DNA of 60,659 nucleotides from Craspedostauros australis (Eukaryota). Shown in pieces: positions 10,460-22,042 of this stretch. The stretch covers positions 1 to 60,659 of the forward strand of contig JALAGF010006498.1 in the NCBI GenBank assembly GCA_030167865.1. The letters run 5' to 3'. Position 1 is the stretch's first letter. Each line of letters opens with the position of its first letter. Under the pieces are notes generated by a model. That model did not search any database and was not told where the DNA came from. It saw nothing but the letters and a program-made list of their open reading frames with translations. The translations under genes and the position numbers were made by a program.

Positions 10460-13333
10460 ATGAACCTGAGACGGAGGCAGCAAAAGGTGCTCCCTGCAAC
10501 ACCTCCATCAGCAGCATCTGCGGCAGCGGAGACGCCAACGCAGCTAGAAATGAATACGCATGTGCATGCAGATACAACGGCTACGAGTCCGCCATCGGAT
10601 GCTTGTCCGATGTGTGGCAAGGTGTTCAAGTCGAAGCTGGGCCTGGCCTACCACGTGCGGAACAAGGTTTGCGAGTCCGCGGCGAAGAGGGCAAAGAAGA
10701 AGCAGAAGCTCATGACGGACTTGGCATCAACACGGAAGCCGAAGACACCTGAAGTTGCCTCCTCAGCTGCGAAGAAAACGCGTCCTCGCCGGAGCAAGGG
10801 CGGCGTTGACAACCAACTTTCGGGGTCCGAGCTCTTCCCATCGGCCAAACCTGGCGAAGCCCAGGATCCATCAGCAAAGGCGAACGAGCAGCGCACGCGA
10901 CATCGTAGAACTTCAAGACGATCTCGTAGCAATCAGAAGGAGGATGGCGAAGACGATGACAACGACGGCGACCATGTCGACATTGATGAGATGGCCGTTG
11001 ACAATGATACTGGCGATGGCTCTGGGATTCGCACGCGTGGATCTTTGCGACAGAAAAAGGCGGCATCCCCCAAAGCACCGGTGAAAGGCTCGGTCAAGAC
11101 CAAATCCAAGACCAAAATCAAGGGCAAAACGTTCAGGAAGATCCGTGGCCCGGAGGATGCTCGTACTTGCCCAACGTGCAAGCGGGTCTTCACGAGCAGC
11201 TTCGGTTGCAAGTACCACATCGCACACAGCGTCTGCCATACGCGGAGCGTCCGCCAGGCCCAGCCAGGACAGCCTCCTTCGATCATACTTCCGAACTTGC
11301 AACCAGGCGATTGCTTCGTCACCAAGTTTGGCGTCGTCAAAGTCATTGCCGACGACAGAGCAACCTCCACGGCCGTCGCAAGGATTGACCCGGATGCCAA
11401 GGTCAGTGCCATCAGATCGTACCAAGGCAAGAAATCGCAGTGGGATAGACAGATGCAGAATCTGCAGCTCAACCAGCACCTGGAACTGCGAGCTCGCCGA
11501 CTGCACGCCAAGCACTTGGAAGAGGCTGACAGCGGCATCAACACATTGGCCAGAATCGATGCATCGATTCGTTCGTACAGGCTCGAGTCAAGAAGCATGA
11601 ACGGTGGCGCGTCGAAACGGGGTAGCACGAGGGTCTCACGGTATGCCCTGAAACCCCTCCCACCTCCTCCACCGGATCCACGATGCCCACCAGACTCGTT
11701 TCCAAACCGCATCGTCGAATGCGTTGCCATACCTGACGAGCGCAAAAAGGTCGTCAAACCGGCCTTGCACCGAGACGACGCGCAGACCGATAGCACCGCA
11801 GCGACAGCCTCAGCGCCCATGCCGCACATGCGCTTGTACCTCCAGCGCCATCTTCTCACTGTCCCGTACAAGGCAGATACGGCCACTTGGTCGTGCGGGG
11901 TGTGCGCGCAGGTCTTCACGTCCGAACCAGGACTGAAGTATCACAACAATGCACAGAACTGCAAGGCCAAGGGAGAGAAGATCGCCAAAGCACGCCAAAA
12001 GAGGCAGGACGATCTCCAAGCCAGATTGCCGATGGCAATGGAAGCTATCACCAACGAGTACGAGACCATGCAGCACGACAGGGCAGAACGCGATGCTTCG
12101 GCTTTCGCCGCTGCCGCTGCTGCTGCAAATGCCGAAGCAAGCGCTGCTGCGAGTGCTGCTATCAGTGCTACTGCTGCAAGTATCAGTGCCAGCATCACCG
12201 CTTCCAAACATGGAAGGAAAAAGGAAAAGTCAACCACTCGCGTGCGAACAAAGCGCCACAAAGCGGGGGTCCTCAGAAGGTATCTGAGAAAGAAAAAGAA
12301 GAGGGAGGCGGGGGTATATCCAGAAGTTATGATTGCGTTGGGCTTCGAGTTTGTCAACTCGAAGCTTTTGAAGCCACGCAGTCCCTCAGCTGTATTATCC
12401 GGGGGAGATGGAATGCTCATACCCGCGCATGGCGGCACGGAAGTTACGCCCACCACAGATGCAGCGGCGAATGCAACTGTAAGTGCGTCGCTGCGCAGAA
12501 AATCAAAGTCAAGGCAAGTGGTGCATCCCGACGAAATTCGACGCGAGCTACTTGCCCGAATGCACAAGGAACAGCGCAAGGCCGCCGATGATAAACACGG
12601 CAGCATGTACAAGGGCGTCTTTCGTTGCCTCGGCTTTGACCCCCTTGTCAAGCCCAAGTCGAGGCGTAAGAAACGAAGATCGTCGCTGGCATCACCGAAG
12701 AGAAGAGGCAAAAAGGCGAAAGGCGTGGGAAATGCTTCAGAAACTGATGTCAATGCTGCTACTGCTGCTGAACCTCTTGTTGAAGCCATACCGGTTGCAC
12801 CCAAGAGCAAGAAACCTCCACCGCCGGTTGTGGATGTGCGAGCGCTGCTCGATGAAGTGAAGTCTGGGAGGTATCCCAGCATGAAGAAATTCACCGAAAT
12901 GCACACACGGTCGGTCTGCATATTGTGCAACCAAGGAGGAACGCTGTATTGCTGCGACTTCTGTGATACCGTGGAGCACTTTCATTGCCTCCTGACGCGC
13001 TTCCGGGTGAAGCAGCCAGAACCCGACGACGAGTTCATGTGCCATCGTTGCATGGGCGTGATCCACCATCGACGCAGGCGCGCCGAGCGAAGACGGTTGG
13101 GGAAGCTTTCATCCGAACCAGCAACGAGCAAAGCGATCGAAGATGCGAAGGCCAAGCTGGAGATGGAGCCGGGGATGGAGTACGAGTACCTGGCAGCGCG
13201 AGGTCAGGAGCTGTCTGAGCTGTTGGAGCTGTTGAAGGACGCAAAGTCACGGCTTGGAAAGGCGCTGCAAACATCCAAGTTCAATGACATGCGGAGGCAG
13301 ATGCTGCTGGTTCCTTCAGAGTCGAATCCGTAA
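10460..13333 (+). CDS. Zinc-finger protein with three C2H2-like (C2HC) fingers and a C-terminal PHD finger
   Basis: Fingers CPMCGKVFKSKLGLAYHVRNKVC, CPTCKRVFTSSFGCKYHIAHSVC and CGVCAQVFTSEPGLKYHNNAQNC. PHD CILC...CCDFC...HFHC...FMCHRC. Basic NLS-like tracts; 957-aa ORF. Confidence 0.85.
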   Translation: MNLRRRQQKVLPATPPSAASAAAETPTQLEMNTHVHADTTATSPPSDACPMCGKVFKSKLGLAYHVRNKVCESAAKRAKKKQKLMTDLASTRKPKTPEVASSAAKKTRPRRSKGGVDNQLSGSELFPSAKPGEAQDPSAKANEQRTRHRRTSRRSRSNQKEDGEDDDNDGDHVDIDEMAVDNDTGDGSGIRTRGSLRQKKAASPKAPVKGSVKTKSKTKIKGKTFRKIRGPEDARTCPTCKRVFTSSFGCKYHIAHSVCHTRSVRQAQPGQPPSIILPNLQPGDCFVTKFGVVKVIADDRATSTAVARIDPDAKVSAIRSYQGKKSQWDRQMQNLQLNQHLELRARRLHAKHLEEADSGINTLARIDASIRSYRLESRSMNGGASKRGSTRVSRYALKPLPPPPPDPRCPPDSFPNRIVECVAIPDERKKVVKPALHRDDAQTDSTAATASAPMPHMRLYLQRHLLTVPYKADTATWSCGVCAQVFTSEPGLKYHNNAQNCKAKGEKIAKARQKRQDDLQARLPMAMEAITNEYETMQHDRAERDASAFAAAAAAANAEASAAASAAISATAASISASITASKHGRKKEKSTTRVRTKRHKAGVLRRYLRKKKKREAGVYPEVMIALGFEFVNSKLLKPRSPSAVLSGGDGMLIPAHGGTEVTPTTDAAANATVSASLRRKSKSRQVVHPDEIRRELLARMHKEQRKAADDKHGSMYKGVFRCLGFDPLVKPKSRRKKRRSSLASPKRRGKKAKGVGNASETDVNAATAAEPLVEAIPVAPKSKKPPPPVVDVRALLDEVKSGRYPSMKKFTEMHTRSVCILCNQGGTLYCCDFCDTVEHFHCLLTRFRVKQPEPDDEFMCHRCMGVIHHRRRRAERRRLGKLSSEPATSKAIEDAKAKLEMEPGMEYEYLAARGQELSELLELLKDAKSRLGKALQTSKFNDMRRQMLLVPSESNP

Positions 13334-13552
13334 TGGTGATCAGCGTGGGGCGTCACTTTGAAACGCATAATGCGAGTAGCAAATGTCGTGTGCCGATATT
13401 CCATCAGAGAGTACTCGCAGTATGCCATGATATGGATTGCGTTTTACTCAATTGGTACAAGTGTGCATGGGCGCATCCAACATCATCATAACGACGTCTC
13501 CCTATTCCGTTCATTCGTTTACCCATCCATTCAATGCCATTCGTGCATTCAT

Positions 13553-14932
13553 TCATTGAAGGTGTTTTTGATCATATTGCTTGGCCATCTCCTCCAGCGG
13601 GACCGAATTGAGCACGCTGCGATACCGATGGACATTCCGATGCTTCCACGCGTAGTCTCGGTCCAGAATCGTCTGCGAGACGTTGTTGGATAATGGCAGA
13701 CCGAGGTAAGTGTAGTCGTTGCGATAGTAGTTCTGAATCCGCACCTTGTAACGTGGTATGAGAAGGTTGATCTTGGACGTGGAGTTGGTGTGGTGCATCA
13801 TCGCCGTGTTGGTTTCGAAGATGGTCATGTTACCGTGCTTGCCCCATCCCGATTGGCCGTAGTCATCCCACGCGCCAATCCTTTGCAGCAATCGCTTCGC
13901 ATCGTCCTGCACATGCCGCCGATCCATCCGGCCCACGAAATCGATGAGTTTCCAGTACTTGGGCTCCATGCGCTGCGATTGCGGACGCCAGTGGGGATTG
14001 TCGCAAACCTCGATGAGATCGAGGAATCCTTCGAAGTATCCAGCGTCATGCACGCATTTGTCTTCCTGTGCCTTGGTGGTGACATTCACATGGACATTGG
14101 CGTTATTGTTATTGTTGGCGTTCGTATTGCAACACTTCTCACGCACGTACTGACCACCCCTGCTGAAAGATTTGTCCATGAAGGCGCTGACCACGCGCTC
14201 TTGCGGGTCGCGGAGGAAGATGGCGCGCGTCCAGTTGGGCGAGTTGAGCATTTTGGTGGCATCATCGATGGAGTAGTTCCAAAGATACGCCAAACCGTTG
14301 AACTTGGGATTGTGGTTGAGCATGTCGTTGTACCGCTGTTGTTTGTTCCAGTTGTCGGACTGTCCCGCGATGCGACGGAAGAGCTGCTTCCACACCGTGC
14401 ATGCCACCTTTGGGATCGTGAAGAAGATGAGGCGGAACTCCTGAACGACGATTGGTGCGGATCCCCAGTCTTCCTTCCTGTAGATGTAATCGTTAGGATC
14501 GACGGCCACGACGTTCTCCTGCTGTTCATTCTGCTGTTGTGACTGATGCAGATGGGACTTCCCCATTGTGTCCGAGTACATGATGGGAGGAAAGAGCATG
14601 GGCGAATCGGAACGCTTCGCAGCTGCTCGTTCATGGTTGGTCGTTGCGGGCCGTGCTTTCGTTGGTTGCTGCACCGGTTCCGCACTGAGAACTGCGAGCG
14701 GCGCATCTCCGGACTGGTGCGACGCAGGACCACCATCATGAACGATGGCATGAGGCACAATCTGAGGCACAGCCTGGGCCCAAAGGAATGCGGTGAAGCC
14801 GATGGCAACCAGGATCGTCAAGAGGAAGAACCGCAACAACCCATTGCGCCACCATGCACCCTTCCTCGTCGGTCCTCTCCGTTTCTGGTCGCTTCTCTCT
14901 GGCCTCTTTGCTGCTGCTGCTGTGGAATCCAT
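13553..14932 (-). CDS. Golgi-type sulfotransferase (Sulfotransfer_2 family)
   Basis: N-terminal TM helix, 5'-PSB motif IPKVACTVWK, 3'-PB motif FLRDPQERVVSAF, HWRPQ, DFVG. Confidence 0.9.
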   Translation of the reverse strand: MDSTAAAAKRPERSDQKRRGPTRKGAWWRNGLLRFFLLTILVAIGFTAFLWAQAVPQIVPHAIVHDGGPASHQSGDAPLAVLSAEPVQQPTKARPATTNHERAAAKRSDSPMLFPPIMYSDTMGKSHLHQSQQQNEQQENVVAVDPNDYIYRKEDWGSAPIVVQEFRLIFFTIPKVACTVWKQLFRRIAGQSDNWNKQQRYNDMLNHNPKFNGLAYLWNYSIDDATKMLNSPNWTRAIFLRDPQERVVSAFMDKSFSRGGQYVREKCCNTNANNNNNANVHVNVTTKAQEDKCVHDAGYFEGFLDLIEVCDNPHWRPQSQRMEPKYWKLIDFVGRMDRRHVQDDAKRLLQRIGAWDDYGQSGWGKHGNMTIFETNTAMMHHTNSTSKINLLIPRYKVRIQNYYRNDYTYLGLPLSNNVSQTILDRDYAWKHRNVHRYRSVLNSVPLEEMAKQYDQKHLQ

Positions 14933-15348
14933 GTTGCTACGTGCTACGTGTTACGTGCTACGAGCTATGGGAGTATCTGACACATCATAAAGGTGGAGTT
15001 GGTTGGTGCGAGTATGTATTATGCTCATACGACAACTAATCCGAGCTATAGTATGAGCGCGGTATTCTTGTAGAGTGATTGATCTGTTGCGGCTCCAGGA
15101 TCGAGGCACAAAACACTGCGCAGAATCGTGAGTGACAAATGAAGTGAATCGGCTTGGTCATCTCGCGCCTTTTTCCTCATGATTGGCAGACACCCACTCA
15201 ACAACAACAACAACAACAACACCACCCCCAGCGTACTCGAGCACATCTACTAGCATGTATTATATGATAACATTTGCACTTTCTCTCTATTATATTTGTG
15301 ACAGTGATGCATTGTCATATTCTATTATTCTATAATATTATTCAATAC

Positions 15349-15370
15349 TAGAATAGAATAGAATAGAATA
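15349..15370. repeat. (TAGAA)4 microsatellite in the AT-rich 3' flank of CWC15
   Basis: TAGAATAGAATAGAATAGAATA. Confidence 0.8.
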
Positions 15371-15461
15371 TTATTATATAGAATACCACACATAATAAGA
15401 TTACACAACATGCACAATACAATGCAATGCAGTGTGGTGTAGAGCAGTGTGGTCCAGTGTC

Positions 15462-16229
15462 TTACCGAATGAACTTGTTGAGGAATCGCTTGTGGAAGTC
15501 GTTACGGACGGTGTCGTTGATGAAGCGCTTCTGAATCTCGGGCTCGCTCTTGGCCTGGTTGCGGAACACGACGTCGTCGTTCCATTTCCTCTTCATGCGG
15601 CCCGTGGCGCCGCTGTTCTCCGCCGCCAGAAGCGGATTCCCCAGTATCGCGGCTTCCTCCATCTTGGCGTTCTCCTCCTCCGCCACCTTCGCGTCTTCCT
15701 TCGCCTTCTTGGCCGCTCTCTCAGCGCGTATCTTGGCTAGCTCCGCCTGCAGCGCAGCCTCATCATCCTCATCGTCGTCGTCGCTGTCGGAGTCGTCCGA
15801 ATCGTCATCGCTGGCGTCCAGATCGTCGCTGTCGTTGCTGTCGTCGTCGTTCCAGCCCTTGCCAGCCGCGCTTGCATCATCATCGCTGGCATCGTCGTCG
15901 TTGTACTTGGCACGCAAGGCGCCGTCGTCCACGTCCGCCGTCTGCTTGAGCAGCTTGAGGTCCCCCTGCTTCTCCAGCTCGGGATCGATCGCGCGCTTCT
16001 TGTGCTTGGACCATGCGGACTTGGCCTCCGCCTGCTGCAGCTTGAGCAGCGACTCGCGCAGGGCCTTCTTGCGGTCCACCACCTGGCTGCCGTTGCGGAA
16101 CTTCAGCTTCGTGTGGGAAGGCAGATCCAGCGTCGCGACGGCGCCCGACGAGGCTCCTCCGGCGGACCATCCTCCTTCGCTAGACTTGCCGACGGCGGCC
16201 TTCCACGTTGGTCTGTGTGCTGTTGTCAT
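15462..16229 (-). CDS. CWC15: Pre-mRNA splicing factor Cwc15/Cwf15
   Basis: N-terminus MTTAHRPTW, DLPSHTKLKFR, LQAELAKIRAER, GNPLL, KRKWNDDVVFRNQA, FINDTVRNDFHKRFLNKFIR. Confidence 0.97.
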   Translation of the reverse strand: MTTAHRPTWKAAVGKSSEGGWSAGGASSGAVATLDLPSHTKLKFRNGSQVVDRKKALRESLLKLQQAEAKSAWSKHKKRAIDPELEKQGDLKLLKQTADVDDGALRAKYNDDDASDDDASAAGKGWNDDDSNDSDDLDASDDDSDDSDSDDDDEDDEAALQAELAKIRAERAAKKAKEDAKVAEEENAKMEEAAILGNPLLAAENSGATGRMKRKWNDDVVFRNQAKSEPEIQKRFINDTVRNDFHKRFLNKFIR

Positions 16230-16830
16230 CTTTTATTGCTACTATTAATTCTGTGCAGTGTTATACTAATGCTGTTGCTATACTAATGTTGTGCTATACC
16301 AACTGGCAGGTCCACAATGGTCTGTGACGGAAGCAGGGTCTCCATCCAGCGAGGTGTGGTGTTGGTCTCCTTCCGCGCTTTTTCTCGCAGAGCACAAACA
16401 GTTCTTCTGTGCTGCGCTCCACTGCGGCGTGGTTTTGTGTTTGTTTGGCTGGCAGTTGTGGCTGGTGTCTGTCCTCCTTCCGGTGTGTCGTGTTCCTGTT
16501 TCCATCCTTTTGCGACTCGCACGATCGACTTCTTTGACCCAGTCGATTGCAGAACACCAAACCGAGAAAACGAAACGACCTTTCGAAATGCTTCTCTGCG
16601 CGTCAACAACAAAAGACAGAGACTGGCACAAACACGACCAAGAGAAAGGCCACGCAACATCTCGCGGATTCCACCACGTCCCTGCGTGCGAGGCTGCGGT
16701 TGTCGGTGGCAATGTTCTGTCTCGGGTCACAAGATGTTCCTCTGATCATACTTGATGCTGCGGATGCGGTGCCTTGAACCATGCCATCATGGATCGCGGG
16801 TCGCAGTGGAGAGGCCGCGACTTCTCTCGC

Positions 16831-16875
16831 CAACGATGAGCATTGCAATGATGAGCATTGCAATGATGAGCATTG
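16831..16875. repeat. 3 x 15-bp tandem repeat CAATGATGAGCATTG
   Basis: Units at 16831, 16846 and 16861; the first has one mismatch. Confidence 0.85.
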
Positions 16876-19761
16876 AGTGGACGAGAAGCAGAATGCCGAG
16901 ATGGCGAACATCGCTTGTTGGCGCGCAGAACGAGATGGAATGGGATTGAGTGAAGCGGGTCGCACGAAGCTTGCCGACTTGAAGCGCCTGCTCATTACTT
17001 GTTCAACGGCAAAGCATGCGGAGCGTGTGGACGCAACGCGGTCATCATCGCGGATTAGAATACTCTCCAGAGAAGACACGTTTGTGCGGCTTTTCGCAGC
17101 AGCCGAAAGAACAACAACGATCGCGTCACGCGGAGGGACATTCCGGCAACCGATTGCCGTCCAATGGTGGATGGATGCTGGTATTGGGCGGCCTCATGAC
17201 CGCTACCATCCAGAATGGCATCGACCTCACTCTTATACTACCTCGGAAGGTAGTATACGGTGCCTTGATTCGATGCGTCCACAGCGACGTCAACAGCAAC
17301 ATCAAAAGCAACATCAAAAGCACATGTGTAGATCAACAGCGACACCAGCAATGCCAGCAACAACTTGAGCTGCAGAAGGGGAGCACCACACACCAAAACG
17401 TCGCGGCGAATACGCTTCCACATCATGGTTCGCTATTCTCCACGCCCAAAGAATGCTGCGTGAACAACAACAACGACAACAGATACAGCCGGCATCCTCG
17501 TGTTGTGCGAGCTACGAATACATGGCGACTAGAATACGAGCACGACTACGAGTACAAGAGGACGAATGCGCATTCGGATGAATACATTCACTCGTACCAC
17601 ACGTACTACTATCCGCCCGCTGTAGATCCATGAGTACTCGTACGCGTGCTGAAATCACAGCCACTGCGCGCCATTGTTGGTGTGGTGCAATTATCGATGC
17701 TCTTTTCCGAAGCAACGCATTGCATGCCAGAAACACGAGTGCCACTTGAAAGACATTCTCGTACAGCAATCGCATCTTGCCGCCATCACTTCACAGCAAT
17801 GGTACGTATGCAATTGGCACAGCCCAGCCATGCATCGTCCAATGAACCATTTCGCATCCAACCACCATGACAATGCTGTTGCACATGAAGAGCCCCAGTT
17901 CAGTTCATGATACCGGCATGGGGAGAGGCTTGCTGTGGGCCGGAATCCGTCATCGAAGAGAGAATTGCGCTGGCCAACGAAAATGCTTCGCGAGAGGCGT
18001 ACCGTTGTCAGCGAACTTCGCCAACGATAATGTCGCAATGTCCGACCAAAGACGTAAAGGGAGTTCACGATCATCCCGTTCACGATCATCTCACCCGAAC
18101 GCCCACATCACGCAACAAAAAAAGTTAAGAACATCTCGTGGCGAATACGAACTGAGGTAAGAGTACGCGCTTCACATGCGGTGCCCAATTTACGAGTACA
18201 GCAGCCCTCGCGCTGATGGCAACTAATCGCACGACCAACATGCTGGTTTACGACTCTCAATTGATAGAGCTACCAAACTGTCTGGCATGGCTCGACAAAT
18301 CCGCTGCGCACACGACTGCAACTCGAGCATTCCAGGCATTCTGGCAAGCTTGACCCATGCTGCGTGGCTAGTCTCGTGTTTATTCGTATTATACTCGTCA
18401 AGCGCAATACTCACCTCAAACATCTCCTTTGTTCTTCAACTATGCGTCCTCTAGCTCGTATCCGCAAGAGTGTACTACTCCATGTTCTTTCCCAAACACG
18501 CAAACTACACCTTTGCGTGTCTCAGAGGTACGATCAAGGATTGCGGAGCAGGAGAGAAGAATGAACATGGGAGTGTGCAATTGCACTTGCCTGCCGCAAA
18601 TGTCTCCACGAACACAACGTAGCGCAGCGCTGCGACTAAGAAATGAAATGAAACGAAATGAAGTACGTACCAGAGGTCGTACATAACCGAATGCACGAAC
18701 GGAGCGCAATAGAGCAGAGCATAGCGCAGCCCTCAGCCGGAAGCCCGCAACCTGAAGAAGAACCAGACGACAAGTGAAAGCTGACCGAAATTCAGCAGAA
18801 CCAGAATGCGCCACGCCACTAAACGTTGTGCGCAAATGTCCAGCGAGACACGGTCTCTGCATGTCTGGGCCGTTGAGATCCCCCACAGCAGCGCCATTCT
18901 CGCCATCTCCGACAGGCAGCGACTTCACAGGCAGGAACGGTGCTGGAACGGCCACGAATCGTCAACAGAGAGTTCAACCTCGTCTCTCTAGCTCGTGCTC
19001 TACGCAACTTTTCCACCTAACGCCAACGGATAGAGGTACACGTCTGGTAGACGAAACAAACTAGCCCTTCGCGAGGGCTGGCCCTCCCCTGTCAAGAAAC
19101 TGGCCCGAAGTAGCTCAAGCATAAAGGCCACAAGTACGTACTCCGGAACGCAATAACCTTTATCACGAGTTGAGCCATCATGCACACAAAGGCGGCCATC
19201 CATGGTAGCGGACTTTTAGACAGACGGTCTGCCAGCATCACACTTCAACTCGTCTCCCTTCACCACCACCAAATGGGTGAACACCAGCATGAAACGAAGT
19301 CATGTGAAGGGTTCGGAAAGGTACGGTATGGCACGAGTGTCAGTGGCGTACTCCGCGTCTTTCCGTCGCCAGGACTTCGCTCGGGGCATCCATGTGTGGA
19401 TGTTGTTGTTCAGAGAAAGAACCGTGAATGTGCGACAACAGAGAAAGCCGAATGGGTGCCATGCGCTCGTTCATGGAAAATTTTGCTGTTCGTGTCACAG
19501 GCGATGAGGCAATACCGCTCGGAAGTCCTCGTATGTGCACGCGATCAAGCCTGTTTGTCTACGTGTGGGGAATACGCACAATCTCTCCCCACTGCCAGAA
19601 GATGCAGGTAGCTCTCGGAATGTCAGCAACTCCACGAAAATTCTCACATCACTATATTGATTGATTGGTATTACTTGCACGCCTGTGCAAACTCGACATG
19701 TGTAGAGTACTCATGTTACCATGTTATGTGTTACCTAGTGTACACCATCGTGCCAACAAGC

Positions 19762-22042
19762 TCAGCGTTGTTTCTGGCTCTTCTTGACGTCCCATTCAAA
19801 ACCGACATCCTCCAAGATCTGAACGCGCTCGGGTGTCATGCTTGATTGGAGGTTCTCGCAATAGAACTTGTATTGCCGGCGCTGGCGCTTCACCCTGTGA
19901 GTTTGGAATTGGTCGATGGATGATACACATACATGGTACCGTGGGGCATGATGCCAGGGTCGCAGCGATGAAATATTTGCGGTAAGAGCACGAGCACGAG
20001 CAAGAACGTTCGGGCATGTGAGTACGAGTATAGTGTGCGTGGCAAAATTGGTCGACGTACGCACTTGTCCGGAGCAATGCAACAAACAGGGATCCGGGAT
20101 GAGAAGATGATGGCACTTCACAAACTTACCAGATTGCCAACTTGCGGTTGGCTTGGTACCTGCTGGGCACGTTGCAGTTGCCGTTGGTGAGCCTGTACTC
20201 GCACAGCTCGTTGAAACGCTGCTCCCAAGCGGCGCTGTGGGAGTCCCAAACGAAGTTGACGCGCTCGAGGGCGGCAGCACGTTCCTCGGACATGGTGGAT
20301 CGCTTGCCTTCCAGCTTGAGCTTGTACTGGTACCGCTGCCTCTTCACCCATTGGGCGAGGGCAGGGTTGGTGGGGTAGTTGTTGGGCACCAGGCAATCGC
20401 CGTGAGTCTGGTTGTACTCCATCAGCTCTTCGAATCGCTCCGTCCAGTTCTCGGCTTGGTAGGCACGGAACTTGCATCCGTCCTGCGGATCGCTCCCCTC
20501 GCTTTCACTTGGGTCTTCCTCGCGGAAGAAGTTCTCGTCCTGGCTCTGCTCCTCCTGCTTGAGGATGACGGAGCGGCTGGTGGCGTCCAGATTCGCTGGA
20601 TTGATCGCCAGAAGCGCATCATCGGAGAAGCTGGGGTCGTTTACGGCCTGCTCGGCCTGCTGCTGGTTGGTCATGATGGGAGCAGTCGCGGGCAGACCTG
20701 TCGCAGTATTGGAGTGCAGCGCAGCGAGTGCATCGAACGATGCCCTGTTGGCGATGGACTCCGCCAGAGGAGTGGGCTCGAAGAACGCGAGTGAGGTACT
20801 CGTGTTGAGCGCAAATGACTCCAAACTCGGTGGGCTGTTGTTGTTGCAGTTGTTATTGCTGTTGCGGTTGGGTGCTGCGGCCGATGTCGCCATCGTCCCC
20901 ATGGTTGGCGGGGCTGCATCCATGCCTGATGCGAGACCAGTGAAGGGCGGGAAGTACAGGTTGGAGTCGATGCTCCGGTTGGAGTCGTGCCCACTGCCAA
21001 ACAGGGAGTGCGCAGCAGGCGTCATCGGCGGCGCGAGAAAGTTGTCGACTGCCTGTGGCTTGAGGTCCATGGTTTGCATCGCTTGTTCTTGGGCGCTCGT
21101 AGCGTTGGCACTTGTCTCGACAAACGATGATGAGAGCGGCATTATCGGTGCTGGTGATGCCACCGCTGACAGGTGAGCGTAGAAGTCGTCGCTCTGTTCG
21201 TGCATGATCTTGTCGACGAGGTCATTCCTGCTGGGGAACTCACCGAACTTCCACCATCCCATGGAGGCGGAATCTGGCACGGTGGCTGGAGTTTGCTTGT
21301 CGAAGAGGCTGGCGTTGGCCTGCTGGTTGGCTGTTGGATTCAACATGACGCCACTGTTGATCAAGCTGTTCAACTGATCGTTGTTGAACATGCCAAACTG
21401 TGGATCGTTCGGGACGATGGAGTCCATGGCATTCGCGAAGCTGTGACGCTCCGAGTACCGCGCTGACTTCTGGACGCGAGGGTTGTCGGTAGTGGCCGTC
21501 AGGAGGTGATCGTACAACGATGGTGGCATATTGGCGCTTTCGTTGTTGTCGTTGTTGCTGTTGCTGGAGGCGTTGGAGGTGGTGGGGGTAGTGATGTCCC
21601 TACTTCTATCGAGTGTTGCTGGTCGCGTTGGAATGGAAGCCCTCGCGAATGTGGTATGGCTGATATTAGCGAGGCTACGGTTCGCGCTTGGGTCAGAAGC
21701 CTGGTCTTGTTGCTGGTGTCCTTGTGATTTTTGTGTACTCTTTCCTGGCACGGATGCTTTGCTTCTCGATGCCGTTGTTGATGATGCTGTTTGTGACTGT
21801 TGTGCGCTGCCTAGATTGTGCGCTTGTGGCTGAGGAGTCTCTTGGTGGAAAGAGGGGAGCGGTTGTGACTGGTGCTGTGCGGAGGGACCGATAGGGCCAC
21901 TAGAAGCTGGAGGAGGAGGGGGAGGAGCTTTCCGGTTTTGTCGTGGTTGTCTTCGTCGTCGTTGCTGCGCTTGTGCTTGTGCTTGCCGTTCTTGTTGTTG
22001 GCCCCGCTGTTGTTCTGATCGCCGACCAGATCCTGATTTCAT
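19762..22042 (-). CDS. Helicase-associated (HA) domain protein with two HA repeats, putative DNA-binding regulator, 2 exons
   Basis: WTERFEELMEY...HGDCLVP...LAQWVKRQR...FVW and WEQRFNELCEY...NCNVP...LAIW|VKRQR...GFEW. Intron 20129-19895 (GTAAGT...CAG) splits the TGG codon. Long disordered N-terminus; start uncertain. Confidence 0.9.
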
